Below, piece by piece: positions 1-12,253 of a stretch of 64,000 bases of DNA (its first letter is position 1; every line of letters begins with the position of its first letter). The DNA comes from Patellaria atrata CBS 101060 (Eukaryota), in contig MU006111.1 of the NCBI GenBank assembly GCA_010093705.1, positions 124,001 to 188,000 on the forward strand, in the 5' to 3' direction. The notes under the pieces are model-generated. The model saw only the letters and a program-made list of their open reading frames with translations. It was not told the origin of the DNA and searched no databases. The translations under genes were made by a program, and so were the position numbers.

Positions 1-530
1 CACTAGACTTCATCATCTTCAGAGCCTCATCCAAAAGAACCTCTCCTGTCAATGTATCATCGATAACTTCGATTACCCTGTCGGCCAGGGGAAATCTCCT
101 TCGCGAAGAGTCTTTCTGCATGCTCACGCGACCCCTAAACGCCAATTCGATTACTATACATCCTCTTAGCGCGTATGATATGTTATCATTCCAAAATGAC
201 AGGTAACCCTGAGAATGCCATATTAGATATGTTCCTAACAGAGTGTTGCGAGGCTACGGGACCGACCTGTTTATCCTTCAAGCCCATCAATATCACCTCC
301 TCCATCAGGGTCAGCTTGGGCTGTTTATTTCTCTCCGAACTTTCACTGATATCTTTCGGGTCAAATACGATCTTGTGTCCATTTTCTGAGCTCTCATATG
401 ACGTTTCTGGACCTCTGCTTTCTACTTCGTTGCGTTTTGGTACGGGAGAGCTGACACGGCTCCCATCTTCGGTCTCTGTTGTCGCGGCGCCGCCTCCCCT
501 TCGACGCATCACTCCAGCCGACGAAGCCAT
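1..530 (-). CDS. VPS74: Golgi phosphoprotein 3 / Vps74 (GPP34 family); 5' part, runs off the window start
   Basis: [12 protein letters not shown]...[18 protein letters not shown], intron 266-209 (GTCGGT...CTAAT...CAG), then [27 protein letters not shown], which is the GPP34 signature. Confidence 0.93.
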
Positions 531-1093
531 TCCCTTGTTACCGAATGTATCAAAACTCTATTATTCAGGTGTTGGGTAAACTTTCTGGCCAAGTTCAGGG
601 CCAACGTAGGGTTGAGCGGGAGCTCGCGTTGGGAGAAAGTGGCATTCAGGAGTGGCTCAGAACATTTCAGCTGCAGAACTAGCCAATTAGGTTGCAGTGG
701 CTTGGGGGTTAGTCGAAAATAGAGGTGGTGTCGCGTTGGGATAATTTTTCCAAAGAATGTGCTTGTCAAAACCGAAAGCTGCACGACCTTTTGGTTGAAG
801 GAGAACATTCTTCCTTGGCATTGGTTAGGCACCTTTGATATCATGTGGAAAAGCACACAAAGCATCAGAGCGGGCATGGTATTCCATAAGCCCAGCGTTC
901 CCTAGAATTATCAATGCAAAGTTACAGAATCACATTTTCTATGTCCATGATACAGACGCGCCACATCCTCAGTTTCAAGCAAAGTGATTTTATACAAGGT
1001 GAGTGTAGTTGCCCGTTCAACGCCGCATGTTGATTCCACTACGTCTCCATGAGACCATTGAAAATCCCGTATTCCATCCATACCGCAATCCCT

Positions 1094-1776
1094 CTAATGA
1101 GCTGTCCAATTGTCAGCATTTGGCGAGTGATACAAATAGAGTTGATATACCATCTGGTTGAGATAGAATATATTCTACGGCTTGATTGACTATCTGTATG
1201 TCAGCAATCTGTGTGAACCTATCAGTTGAACTCGATCTTGCACCTACCACTGTGGATGGCATCGGCGTCCTTGTCCGGGATCTCAATGCTAAATTCCTGC
1301 AACAATCAGCCCCTGCTAACACCGAGTGAATCTGGTATCACCGACCTCCTCGATTGCCATGACCACCTCCACGGTATCCAGACTGTCCAGGCCTAAATCA
1401 TTGGCAAAGTGTGACTGAGGGGAGAGCTATGTGAAATGAGCATCCATCGACGTGACATCTCATTAAATCGAGGGAGATGATACCTTCGAAGCATCGGTGA
1501 TCTGATGAAAGCGTCAGCTAAGATCCAATCGGCGATTCATCGTGACAATACCTTATCAAAGTTCTTCAGAAGGTCTAATATCCTCCCTTGAACCTCATCT
1601 TTTGCAAGACCGGCGTGTGCCGAGTAGCACCTCAATGCCTGGAAGCATGCGGAGGGAGCGACCTGCCTCGATTGAAGAAAGGAAGTTGGGGTGAACGGCC
1701 GGAGAATTAGCGCTGGTCTGCGGACAACGGATTTAGATGCACTTCGCGCGGTTCTGAGGAGAGCTGTTCTGAGCAT
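1094..1776 (-). CDS. ACP1: Mitochondrial acyl carrier protein (complex I NDUFAB1/SDAP subunit), 6 exons
   Basis: Arg/Ser-rich presequence MLRTALLRTARS. Spliced product contains [30 protein letters not shown] (phosphopantetheine DSL motif) and ends QPDAH*. Includes an 18-nt exon (1501-1484) and an 8-nt last coding exon (1101-1094). Confidence 0.93.
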
Positions 1777-2148
1777 GTTGACGGCGTTGATGAGGGATAA
1801 GGGTGGAGTTAATGTTAATGATGGAGCTCGCTCGTTCTTGTTTCTATCAAAGCTCGAGCAAGTCACGGGATCTGGGATCTGGAGACCTCAAAAACCCTTC
1901 AACACTGATAGATGCATTTTATACCCCGATATAATCCTATGTATAGCGTATATCTCAAGTATTATCCAGAATCAATGTACATCAATCCATTCGTCCCCTC
2001 GTTCCCAATATCGTTCGTATCGTCTGTCTCAACCAATTGCATTCCGTCCATTTGAAGCACAACCGCCAAGCATCCCAAAACCAGCATCACTTCCACCTCA
2101 CCGTGAGCTTCCATAATACCCCATTGCCACACCCCACTACACTTTCCA

Positions 2149-3017
2149 ATGGCGAGTACACGGTCGATAACAACCCTCATCCGTACGCGACCAGCAGGCA
2201 GTCTCGTCCGGATATCACGAACGACCTCACCAACCGCCACCGCCTTCTTCTCGACGAGCGCACAAAGAGCAGCAACCCCGTCCGGGCCTCCGCCAGCTGG
2301 CTTCCGGCTGCCCGCACCGAAAAGGTGGAACGAGGAGGACGAGAGCTCGTTAGATAAAGCAGGGAAATACTTTCTGTTGACGGAGATGGTGCGGGGAATG
2401 TACGTTGTGTTGGAGCAGTTCTTCAGACCGCCGTAAGTGCTATGCAACCGCTCTACTTGCTCTTAATCCATCTCTCTTCAATGTAAACAAATTTGCGGGG
2501 TTCCCTGTTAAATAAGAGATTTTGTCTGACTGTTTCTTGTGATTTATGCTTATCGACGGTTTACAGGTATACCATTTTCTACCCGTTCGAAAAAGGACCC
2601 ATCTCTCCAAGATTCCGTGGCGAACATGCCCTACGACGTTATCCAACAGGAGAAGAACGGTGCATTGCTTGCAAGCTCTGCGAGGCTATCTGTCCCGCGC
2701 AAGCCATCACCATTGAGGCGGAAGAACGTGAGGATGGAAGTCGCAGGACGACACGTTACGATATCGACATGACAAAGTGCATCTACTGCGGATTTTGCCA
2801 GGAAAGCTGCCCTGTAGATGCTATTGTAGAATGTAAGCAACCTTAGCTCTGGATTTAATTGAATATTCTGGTTAACATAATTATAGCGCCGAACGCAGAA
2901 TATGCGACGGAGACCCGTGAGGAGTTGCTTTACAACAAGGAAAAGTTGTTAGCGAACGGTGACAAGTGGGAACCCGAGATGGCCGCTGTAGCAAGAGCAG
3001 ATGCACCTTACAGATAG
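2149..3017 (+). CDS. NDUFS8: NADH:ubiquinone oxidoreductase 23-kDa subunit (TYKY/NDUFS8/NuoI)
   Basis: Exons 2149-2432, 2567-2832 and 2887-3017. Two 4Fe-4S motifs ([24 protein letters not shown]) plus [21 protein letters not shown]. Confidence 0.96.
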
Positions 3018-3239
3018 TAGAAGTTAGAGGTTTGTGAGAAGGCGAAATCTGTATATACTGTATCGAATATCTACGGCAAGAACCATGGCGAAAAAGATAT
3101 CCTAGCAACTCTCAAAGTGCTCATGAAACGACTTCATCCCACGCCTCGCTATGCCTGAATAGTGATCGAACGCCTCCGAGAAGTGTATCCTTGTCATAAG
3201 ATCCTGTGAGATGCAGTATCAACCCCAATACCATCGCCC

Positions 3240-4970
3240 TTATCTACCCCTGAAACTCCCCTCGAAACCAGGTCTGCCCTTTGGCTTCTTACTCTTTGGC
3301 TTTCCTTTGTTAGACTTCCCCTTCGTTCCTTTTTCCTCCTTTCTCTTTTGCAGATTCTCCTCTCTCTTTTTCTGCCTAATCTCTTGTCCCTTCTTTACGC
3401 CCTCGATGCGGTCATTCCACTCCCTCTCGCTCTTCATCTTAGTTTTTTCCTGGCGCTTCAACGTCTTCTTTAGAAGGTTAGTATCATCTCTGACACGTTC
3501 GCCGTGTGCACGTTTCTTGGCGTTAAGCCACATGTTCTTCTCCTCGATATCCTTTCGCTTCTCAACATCGAGGCCAGATAGGCGGGCTTGCTTGTTCTTT
3601 GCTGCTTCCAGAGCTGTGCGCGGGTCTTGGGGTCCCTTGCGCCTCTTGGGATCAAAGAGTTCGGAGAGCGTGGAATCCACTTGCTGGCCGTCATCGAATG
3701 CAACACGGCCAAAAGAGAAGTTGGTTTGAAGCTCGGTGTTGACTGGGGAGAAGAGACCGGAAGTGCTAAGGGGAGAACCAGAACCTCGTAATCGCGCAAG
3801 TTCAGCCTCGGCTGCGGCTCTTTCTTCATCTTCCTTGGCTAGTTTGCGCAGCTCTTTCTTATGAGTTTTGCGCTGTTCCTCCTTCTTCCTACGTGCATCA
3901 AGAAGCTCCTGCCTATTTCGAGCGGGACGGCCATCTGGTCCATCGGCTTTTCGTGCAGCCCGAAGTGCCTCTATCTTTTCATGTAGGCGAGCTCGAAGGA
4001 TCTCTGGATCAATATTCGGAAATCTGGGGATTTTCCCCGGTTTGCTTGGCTTCTCTTCTACCTCCGGATTGTCTAGAAGTTGTGCTTTCTTTGAAACATC
4101 TGCTGGAGGTACTATAGAAGACGAAGATGAAGGGGAGGGAGCAGCAGATTCACTTAGATCCAGAGCGTTAAAGGAGCTGGTTGAGCTTGACGATTGTTGA
4201 TCCTCTACTCCATTCTCAACAAGCCCGCTGACATCGAGATCAGATATCTCTTCACCATTCATTATAGTGTCATGTTGGTTTAAGGGGTTCGACATCCCTT
4301 GACCTTGAGGATCTAATTTATGGTTCGGAATATCCAGTAGTATAGTTGACTCCTTTGCAGCGTTCTTTGCTTGGGCTTTTCCTTGCTCTTTGGATGCCTG
4401 CGCCTTCTTCTGTTCCCGTTTCTCACGTCTCTTTTGGGCCTTTATCTGTTTTCGCTCGTCCTCGTTTGAGTCGGTCGTGGTGGTCTTAGCATCCTTACTG
4501 GAACTCGGATCCACTTTCTGCTTCTTATTCGTTTTTCCAGGATTCTTGAGCCCTTCTCTGGGTTGTTCTACGCCGAAAGATTCAAGGTAATCATCTTCAT
4601 CCTCTAATTCTCGCTTCCTCTTTCTCTCATTCTCGTCCAATATGTCTTTAGCGCTCTTGCGATTGGTTGGGTCGAGTTTTGCTTTCTTTGCAGCTCGTTT
4701 CTGCTCTTTAGTTTGTTTCTTCTTCTGCCATTGGTCCTACATATACAGTCAGTTGATTGTTTTCCGAACAAAGTATGTAGGCAGTGCTCATGAATAATGG
4801 AGGACATACACTTGTATCTTCACCGTAGTATTGTTTTGCTGGAATGAGGGACATTAACCCTTCAAAAGCCTTTGCATGGCTATTAAGCCGTTCCTAGAAT
4901 TTGGTTAGGAATATGTTGGTAGCATAAGTGGGGTGTTGTCTCAAGTTCTAACCTCTAGGTCGTCCGACAT
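3240..4970 (-). CDS. RRP14: Ribosome biogenesis protein Rrp14 / Surfeit locus protein 6
   Basis: Short 5' exons MSDDLE|ERLNSHAKAFEGLMSLIPAKQYYGED (RRP14 N-domain). SURF6 C-terminus RVRDDTNLLKKTLKRQEK...KGRPGFEGSF. Confidence 0.9.
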
Positions 4971-5608
4971 GAGGGAAGGGTATTCTTTAGGGAGCTGAAG
5001 TTCCTGAACGAATATACAATCGAACGATTACCAACCGTGAAAGCGAGATTCTAGTAACTTGAGTTCGGAGAGGATTCGAGGTTCTGGTGTTACTGTCGTG
5101 TGCTTTTCGAATTGAGCGTAAAATTTCCGTGAGGGAAGTTCGAAATCTTGGCAGTTGCCAAGACCCGTCAATAAATGGCGGGCGATTGTTGAAAACTCAC
5201 AAACTGCATCATCTTCTCTTCACTACTGCTTTTTCTCGCTTCGGTACAAGTATCTGATGGTCTTTGTGACTTATATGTACGTAGTTTGGGGTCAAACTTC
5301 CATATGCCGTCAAATTGATTCCATTTTCCTTTTGCAGTTTTTCAACACCACGACTGGCTGAGGATTGCAAGGTTGGGCTAAGCCTCTGGCCACGTACAGA
5401 ATCAAAGGCAACGCAAACCTGGAGAGGATCACATCTGTTTCTATAATTATAACGATCGTACACTGCCAAAAGCAGATCGCTCAGCTTAACATACTGAATT
5501 TATTGAACTTGATCTCCCGCTCCTGTTTCATCTTACTCCCTTCTTACCTTGAGTCATTGAAAGAGTAGTCCTCATATAAGCTGTTGATTGCTCTGAAGTG
5601 TGCTTTCT

Positions 5609-7598
5609 ATGGCCACCTTGGTGCCTGCAGTAGAGGCGAAATCGTTGTCTTCTTTGACCACTTTAGCCTCCAACCCCCCACAGTATCCTCGAAATCCAAC
5701 GCATGTCAGCCATGAACCGCTGGTCTTGTACATTGCACGAGTTCCCGGTAGTAGAGGTAACGAATTCCTCCATACAGCTCTATTGAGATAGTGAGTATGA
5801 TACCGGACTGACTGGATTGTAGATGTGTTCCTTACCCCAATGAAACCACGAGAACGGGTAGTTACCGCGGAAGATGTCCAAAGTTCATTATACTTTCTCC
5901 ATATCAACCAACCTGAGGATCAGCTCCTTGTTGAGCATCCGGCCCAAAGCAGCTCGAACCATATACAAGATGTGCGGTCACAACTACCTATTCCTCGGAA
6001 GGCATTACCCACGAGGCCGTTAAGTGGTACGGATTCAGTTGATTATGATCGACCGAGACCACCATATGACGACGCAAGACCTCCCAGTCCCTTGAAAGCC
6101 CCAACTGGAAGGCTAGTACCTTCTGGTACTGGGCTCCCAATGACGACCGATGGTCAAAACCATATCTCGGAAAGAAACCCGAACCTAAACACCGGCACCC
6201 GCGCCTTTGGTCATCAACGTGGTCATTCTGAAGGAACAATCCCTTCGCGTAAGGAGAACCTTCCCCCAACCCCTCTCGAGCATGGATATGCGTCTCAAAA
6301 CACAAGATCGTTACAAATACCAGGCTCGCTCCAAGTCGGACAAAATTCTGATTTTGACTTTAAGATAGGTTCGGTAGCGCGTTCAAGACCGCGGAACCAA
6401 CCATCGCTTCATCCGGGTCGAGATCAAACTGAATTCTCAAGTGACAACGGGTCGAAACCCTTTTCTAGGAGTAAAGAAGTGCGTAATACGTCTCAGCTAA
6501 ACCGTTCGGTGGATTCCGGCACAACTATCACACTTATACGGCGAGATCCCTCGTCAGGTATGCAATGGAACGTGGGCAGAATCTACGATCCTTCCGTCTT
6601 CGAGGTTTCGTCGCAAATTTTGGACACTAAAAACAGCGGCCGACATCCTAAACAAGCAGGAACCCCTATATATATCGATATTATGAATGCAGGTTATAAT
6701 AAGTTTATCAATGGTGTCAATATAATGCCGAAACTCGATTCGCGGAACAGTACTTCATCCATAAGGACACTCCAAGAGATAGAAGACTCGATCAAGTCGA
6801 TGCACGTCAGTGATTTTGAACCGAAGAATGGAGTATTCCATCGGCGAATGTGGCTTGAGGGGTCTAAATTTTCAAATTTCGCTGCTGGACACCGGAGGAG
6901 TGAATCTGGTGGCTCTACAACCCACCCGGAAACTTACAGTAATAACTCGGATTATCGCATCAGCGAAGATGCGTCTCCAACCACACAAGGTTTTGGCAGA
7001 TTGCCGCTCCCCCGTGACGAGGAATTACATGGCATCGGCCCAGCCATTGAGAGGCGGTCGCCAACTAGTAAAGGTTATACATTCTTGAGTCCCTGGAACG
7101 GCAGATGTGAATTTGTCACGGGAGGAGCGGGGAGATCTCTCAAAGTGAGCTATATAGCATCCTCTGTGGTTCTTGCGCTTAATATACTTTTAGTGTAAAC
7201 ACAGTCTACCGACGATAGCTGCTGCGTCTAATTCCTCTGCAACCGTTACAGTGAGCGAGCTACGTTTCAATCTCCCAACATCTAGCCGTGTCCCTTCGGC
7301 AACTGCACCAGAAGACAGATCCTCTGCAAGGAGGTCGTCAATGTTCAAAAAGCCTCAGCCACAGATACATGCTGCATCAAGCGCTCTAGCGGATAGACCA
7401 GACAAACTTGATTTATCACTTGGTCTGGAGTTTGCTGGCGGTGGATTCGCAGGTAGACAGGCGAAGCTGGGGAAGTTGATCATCGAGGATGAAGGACTGA
7501 AAATGCTGGACTTGATGGTGGCAACGAATATGGCTCTATGGTGGAGAGCGTATGAAAGGGTAGATCGATCAACGCATTCTAGGTCGGGAAGCTTTTAA
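5609..7598 (+). CDS. Conserved fungal hypothetical protein (3 exons)
   Basis: MATLVP...LASNPPQYPRNP...LVLYIARVPGSR|DVFLTPMKP...; later blocks TLIRRDPSSGMQWNVG, FLSPWNGRCEF, GGGFAGRQAKLGKLIIEDEGLKMLDL. Canonical introns at about 5757-5823 and 7145-7192. Confidence 0.8.
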
Positions 7599-8206
7599 GC
7601 TTGATAGACTCATTTGCCACGCTGTTCATCTCCATGTGGTCGCTTTTGTCGCACCGATGATTCTCCCTTCTGACGCATCTAGGTGGTCCTCGGCGCATAT
7701 CATAGTAACAAATAAGTATCTTTGACAACAGTGAGCTACCTCACTCCCACTATTTAATCCTCTTCCCTACCCCGATCAAATTCTTACCATTTCCTGTTTT
7801 ACATTAGTCTTTTTCCCGGCTTCACTCTTCCTCTCCGTCATAAGCATATACTGTGCTGTTTCACCGTAGTCTAAGACCTTCTTCGTCTTAAAACTCTTCT
7901 CATTGTATATTTGTCACTTGCACTTCCTTGGTTAGTATATACATCACACTCAAAGAGTCATTCCCGAAAACTCAAAACTCCTAAAGTCTATCTATCCCCA
8001 TCTATGTTTCTCGGCTGTCTATTCCTCCCTTCTTCCTGCTGTACCGTCAGCTCTATCGCCTCGCTCACATCCAGCACCCACATAGTAACAGCTCAACAAA
8101 CCACAACCCCCTTCGATTGCCTCAGTAAGCACGCGTCCCTCAACACTCACCGTGATTACGCCAACTAAGAAACCCCAAGCCATCGACTCCACCCGCATCT
8201 CGGACG

Positions 8207-9205
8207 ATGTCAACCTTCCCTCCCTCACAGCGTGCCAGTCGGACTTTCCCCTACCCAACATCCATCACCCTCCACACCGCTGCCGAAGCCTGGAAAGCGC
8301 ACGAGTTCTACACCCTCGTTGGCCTCCGAGCGATCCACCTTGTCGAAAATCTGACGCTCGTACTGAACACCAAGCTCCACGACGACCATACCGACGACGC
8401 ATACGCCGCGTTTCTCTTCCTGTTCGCGAATATACACTGTCTCGATAGGTTGCGTATAGTCGTTGAGGGCGGCCTAGTATTCAGTGGATTCACAAGAGTA
8501 TTTATAGGTCCTACCTTTGCAACGCCGTATATATGTCCGAAGGCCTCGCACCATATGAAACAGGATGCTGGGCCCAGCACCCGCGCGAGGCAGTCTTCTA
8601 GTTCTGGTGCGGATGGGGAAACGAGTACAGAGGATGCGGATGTCAGCCCAAGTGATAGAGTGATATACAAGGCTCTACTTCGTACGGACGAGGAGAGATG
8701 TAGACATGACTGTACAAGGAAGTTCAAGGGTACGTCGCCCGCGCTTGCGCTCGCTTTATCGAAGGGTACGAGGAACGAGGAAGCGTGGGAAAAGGTGCAG
8801 GAACATAATATACACCTGTATTTAAAGGCAACTGTAGTCGCACTGTTCAAACTCTGCGGAATCTCGGAAGTGGAAATAGAGGGTCCTATGAAGCCTCGTC
8901 TTGCAGACATGCTGAGAATCAGTCTCACGAGGCTTCGGGGTGCGGTTGAAGTGAGGGACGGGAAGAGGAGGGCTTGGCTCATAGAAGACCTGGATAGCGA
9001 GGGGGAAATGGTGGGCTGGAGGGTATACGAGGAGGAGTTGCACTGGAGTAATAGGGTGAGGGTGATGAGGGTAGGTACTGGGAATATGGATAGTGAGGAG
9101 AGGACTGAGAGCAGAATGATGGGGACAATGTATACAGGGAGGGCGGCGAGGGTGGTGTTGGCGGAAAAGTGGGAGGGAGGTGTGAAGCGGAGGCGAGCGG
9201 AATAA
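8207..9205 (+). CDS. Hypothetical protein, 332 aa
   Basis: Uninterrupted ATG-initiated 999-nt ORF between two genes. No family motif recognised. Confidence 0.55.
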   Translation: MSTFPPSQRASRTFPYPTSITLHTAAEAWKAHEFYTLVGLRAIHLVENLTLVLNTKLHDDHTDDAYAAFLFLFANIHCLDRLRIVVEGGLVFSGFTRVFIGPTFATPYICPKASHHMKQDAGPSTRARQSSSSGADGETSTEDADVSPSDRVIYKALLRTDEERCRHDCTRKFKGTSPALALALSKGTRNEEAWEKVQEHNIHLYLKATVVALFKLCGISEVEIEGPMKPRLADMLRISLTRLRGAVEVRDGKRRAWLIEDLDSEGEMVGWRVYEEELHWSNRVRVMRVGTGNMDSEERTESRMMGTMYTGRAARVVLAEKWEGGVKRRRAE

Positions 9206-9743
9206 GAAAGATAGAGGCGAGGTTTGAAGTTACACTGCGGGCAGTGAGTATTGATGTTAGGGAGTGTAATAGACTTTCAGAGGGCGGTAGTAAGGGTTGC
9301 TTAGTATGATATTGCGTGTATGGCAGATATACCACGTGCTTCGGGATGAAGTCTTGTTAGTCTGTTGTCTTTCAATATAATAGATTCGGAACCTATACAG
9401 CTTAGCCGTATTCTGTACAGTGGTCAGCAGCTACCCATCGCAATAAGCAGTACAGGTCAGGCGTACCGTATAATTGGACCTTTCTGATGTTCTGAACGCA
9501 TACTATCGATGCAGTCCTACCATAACTAAATCTTCCTTTCCACTGTGTGCTTCTTGGACGGATAGAGGTTAAGTTGTAACTAACTCACCGTATCATCAGG
9601 GACATGTTCAACAATAACTGCGGAATGAGTCTGGAGCACTGGAAAATTGTAGGGCACTCACAGCATATAGAATGCGGTACATACCAAACATGGGATAAAT
9701 CCTCATCTACATACATTAATCAACGGGTATATCCATTTATTTT

Positions 9744-11492
9744 TCAATGTCCCAACCCAAACCCTCCCTCAGCAATCGTCCTCTGACATTCCGCTAAAAT
9801 CGCCATCTGTCTCCTCACCTCCCCCAGATGTCCAATGACCTCCTTATTCCCGTCGACAAACCCATATAGCGCATACGGGATGCCGACATCAGTGCAAAAC
9901 TCTTGCACCAGTTTCTGCGCCCTCCGCAAATTATGTCTTGGGATACGCGGGAACAGATGATGGATTGCTTGAAACTGGAGTCCGCCGTGGACGAAATCGA
10001 GCCATTGCGGACAATCCACATCCATGGTCGTGCGGAGCATTTTCTGCGGGAATGACTCATGGGGTCCGTTATCCGCAGTACTCATCGCGAAGTGGCTGAG
10101 TGTGATCTGCAGGTGAAGGGGTGCGGTAATCATATGGCTGACCATAAGAAAGACGAAGCGGTGCCAATTGGTATCGATGCTCTTGTACATAACACCGTAA
10201 CCGAACCAGAACCAGAAGCAGGCGTGGCCACTGAGTTCGAACCAGCGATGCCACGCCGCGGGTCCCTTTCTAGGGCCTAGGCCCAAGCTCAAGAAGAGCC
10301 AACTTTGTACGTAGAGGTTGAAGCGGCCGAAGAGGAGAATGATGTAGTAGAGGTAGTTCTGGTATGCGATGAAAAATTGGGCGAAGCGGTCGTAGCTCAT
10401 TACTTTGTCGTGGTAGGTAGAGTACAAGTTGCTGAAAAAACGGTGCGAGACTGCGAAGAAGGGGATGTGTTCGATGTCGGGGTCGTGTTCAGGGGAGTTT
10501 GTGACGATGTGGTGGACGTTGTGACTTCTTTTCCACCAGCCAATGCTGAGGCCGCCCATGAAGTCTGCTAGAAGAACACCAATGACAGTATCTGTAGTGA
10601 AATCATGTGTGATACCCATGTGCCCCGCATCGTGAACGGTAAATGATATCTGGTGCCAGAAAAGTCCTATGCATACAGCACTGAGAGTGTACCATTTCCA
10701 GTGCAAGAGAAAGAGAAATCCTACAAAAAGAAGGCTGTACCTGCACGCCTCGATAAAGTACGATATATACCGACAGCGGTAGAGGTCCTCTGCTTTGATC
10801 TTCTCGTTCAGAAGACGATATTTTCGCACGATATCTGCTTGAGTTTGTGGGTCAAGTGGAGGGTATTTTGCCCGGTCCAGATCGATTGCCTTTTGAGTGA
10901 GGATATCCATATGAGACATTTTAGGTGTCTTTTCCAATTCCACAGACGACATGGACGTCATTGAGGATGATCGTGTTCCCAACCGTCTCGACCCCTTTCT
11001 ATATGATAGAGGGCTAGTATCTGCAGGCTCGAATATTGGGGACGGGACACGTGAGTTGGACCCTGTAGATAAAGTATCTTCTGCTTGAGAAACTTCACAA
11101 TCCTCCTCCTCATCCTCCTCATCTGATCTCATTGGACGAAACTTTCCTCCTTGAATAGGCGGTATAAAGTTTAGCCAAGGTCCCTCAATTCGTCCAATCT
11201 GATAGCTGAGCATCTGTTGTCTAGCTTCCTGGGAGTGCAGTCTATGATATTATCAGTGGGTACTTCAGCCAACGTGATATAAGACTCACGCATTGACTTC
11301 GTCTGTAGCATCTCTGCCCACCATGTGCCGTATAGCTTTGTCTCCTCCGGGATGGTAATTGAGCCATGCATCCACCTTTAGGACCTTGTCGTCAACTATT
11401 ATAATCGATCTACCCTCAGAGATGAGGCCTTCTATTCGCCGTCGGTCAAGTACGATATTTCTTCGAGAGGAGGGGGAATTATTTCGAGTCAT
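9744..11492 (-). CDS. SLD1: Sphingolipid delta-8 desaturase (cytochrome b5 fusion)
   Basis: N-terminal b5 domain with HPGG and GRDATDE, intron 11289-11242, His boxes HDAGH, HNVHH and QAIHH. Confidence 0.92.
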
Positions 11493-12253
11493 TGGGTCTA
11501 TATCTGTATAGAGATCGCTCTGCGTGCTTTGTGTAGCAGTAACGTCAGCAAACTTGTGAGCCAGCCACAATATCCAGCTAGTAAAAGAGTGTCATAGGCG
11601 TGAATTGAGCTTGTACGAGTTGTACTGTACCCCTTGTAACCGGCCTATCTGTGGTGGTGAGATTTACAGTACTCGTACAGTAAAAGTTAAGGTCTGATGC
11701 GAAAACCCCCAAGCCCACCACACCCTTGGCCAAGACAACCTCACAAGCAACAATGAAGCACAACACGCTCTGAAGGATCTCGTCATCAGGACTCAGGGCA
11801 GTATCTCTTTACGAAAGCAAAGAGGCAAAAGTATGTGCCCTTGAAATTGACAATTCATCATCCGAGTGTCGCCGAACTCCAGTAAATATATCAAGGCTTG
11901 GCTGAGGGACTACACCGAGAATACTCCACGGCTTCCTGAATCCTCAGGTGATTTGTCTAAGATCAATCATACGTACTGGGTACGTCGTCTTCATTTCTTA
12001 GGTGTATAAATGTAGGTAGCTCATCACATATACGACCCATCAAATATTTGATAGCCCCTTATACCATATTATTGTAATACTATTTTCCGAGATCACTTTG
12101 GTCTGTCATCTATCAACAGATAGTTTGCTCTTTGGAATCTTTTGATAATCAATAAGCCGCTCTGGGCCGGTCTCTCATAATTTCTCACACAAGTCCCATC
12201 TCTCTTTCCCCTATACCTTGTTTTTGATAGAATTCGACAACAACACCGTCACC

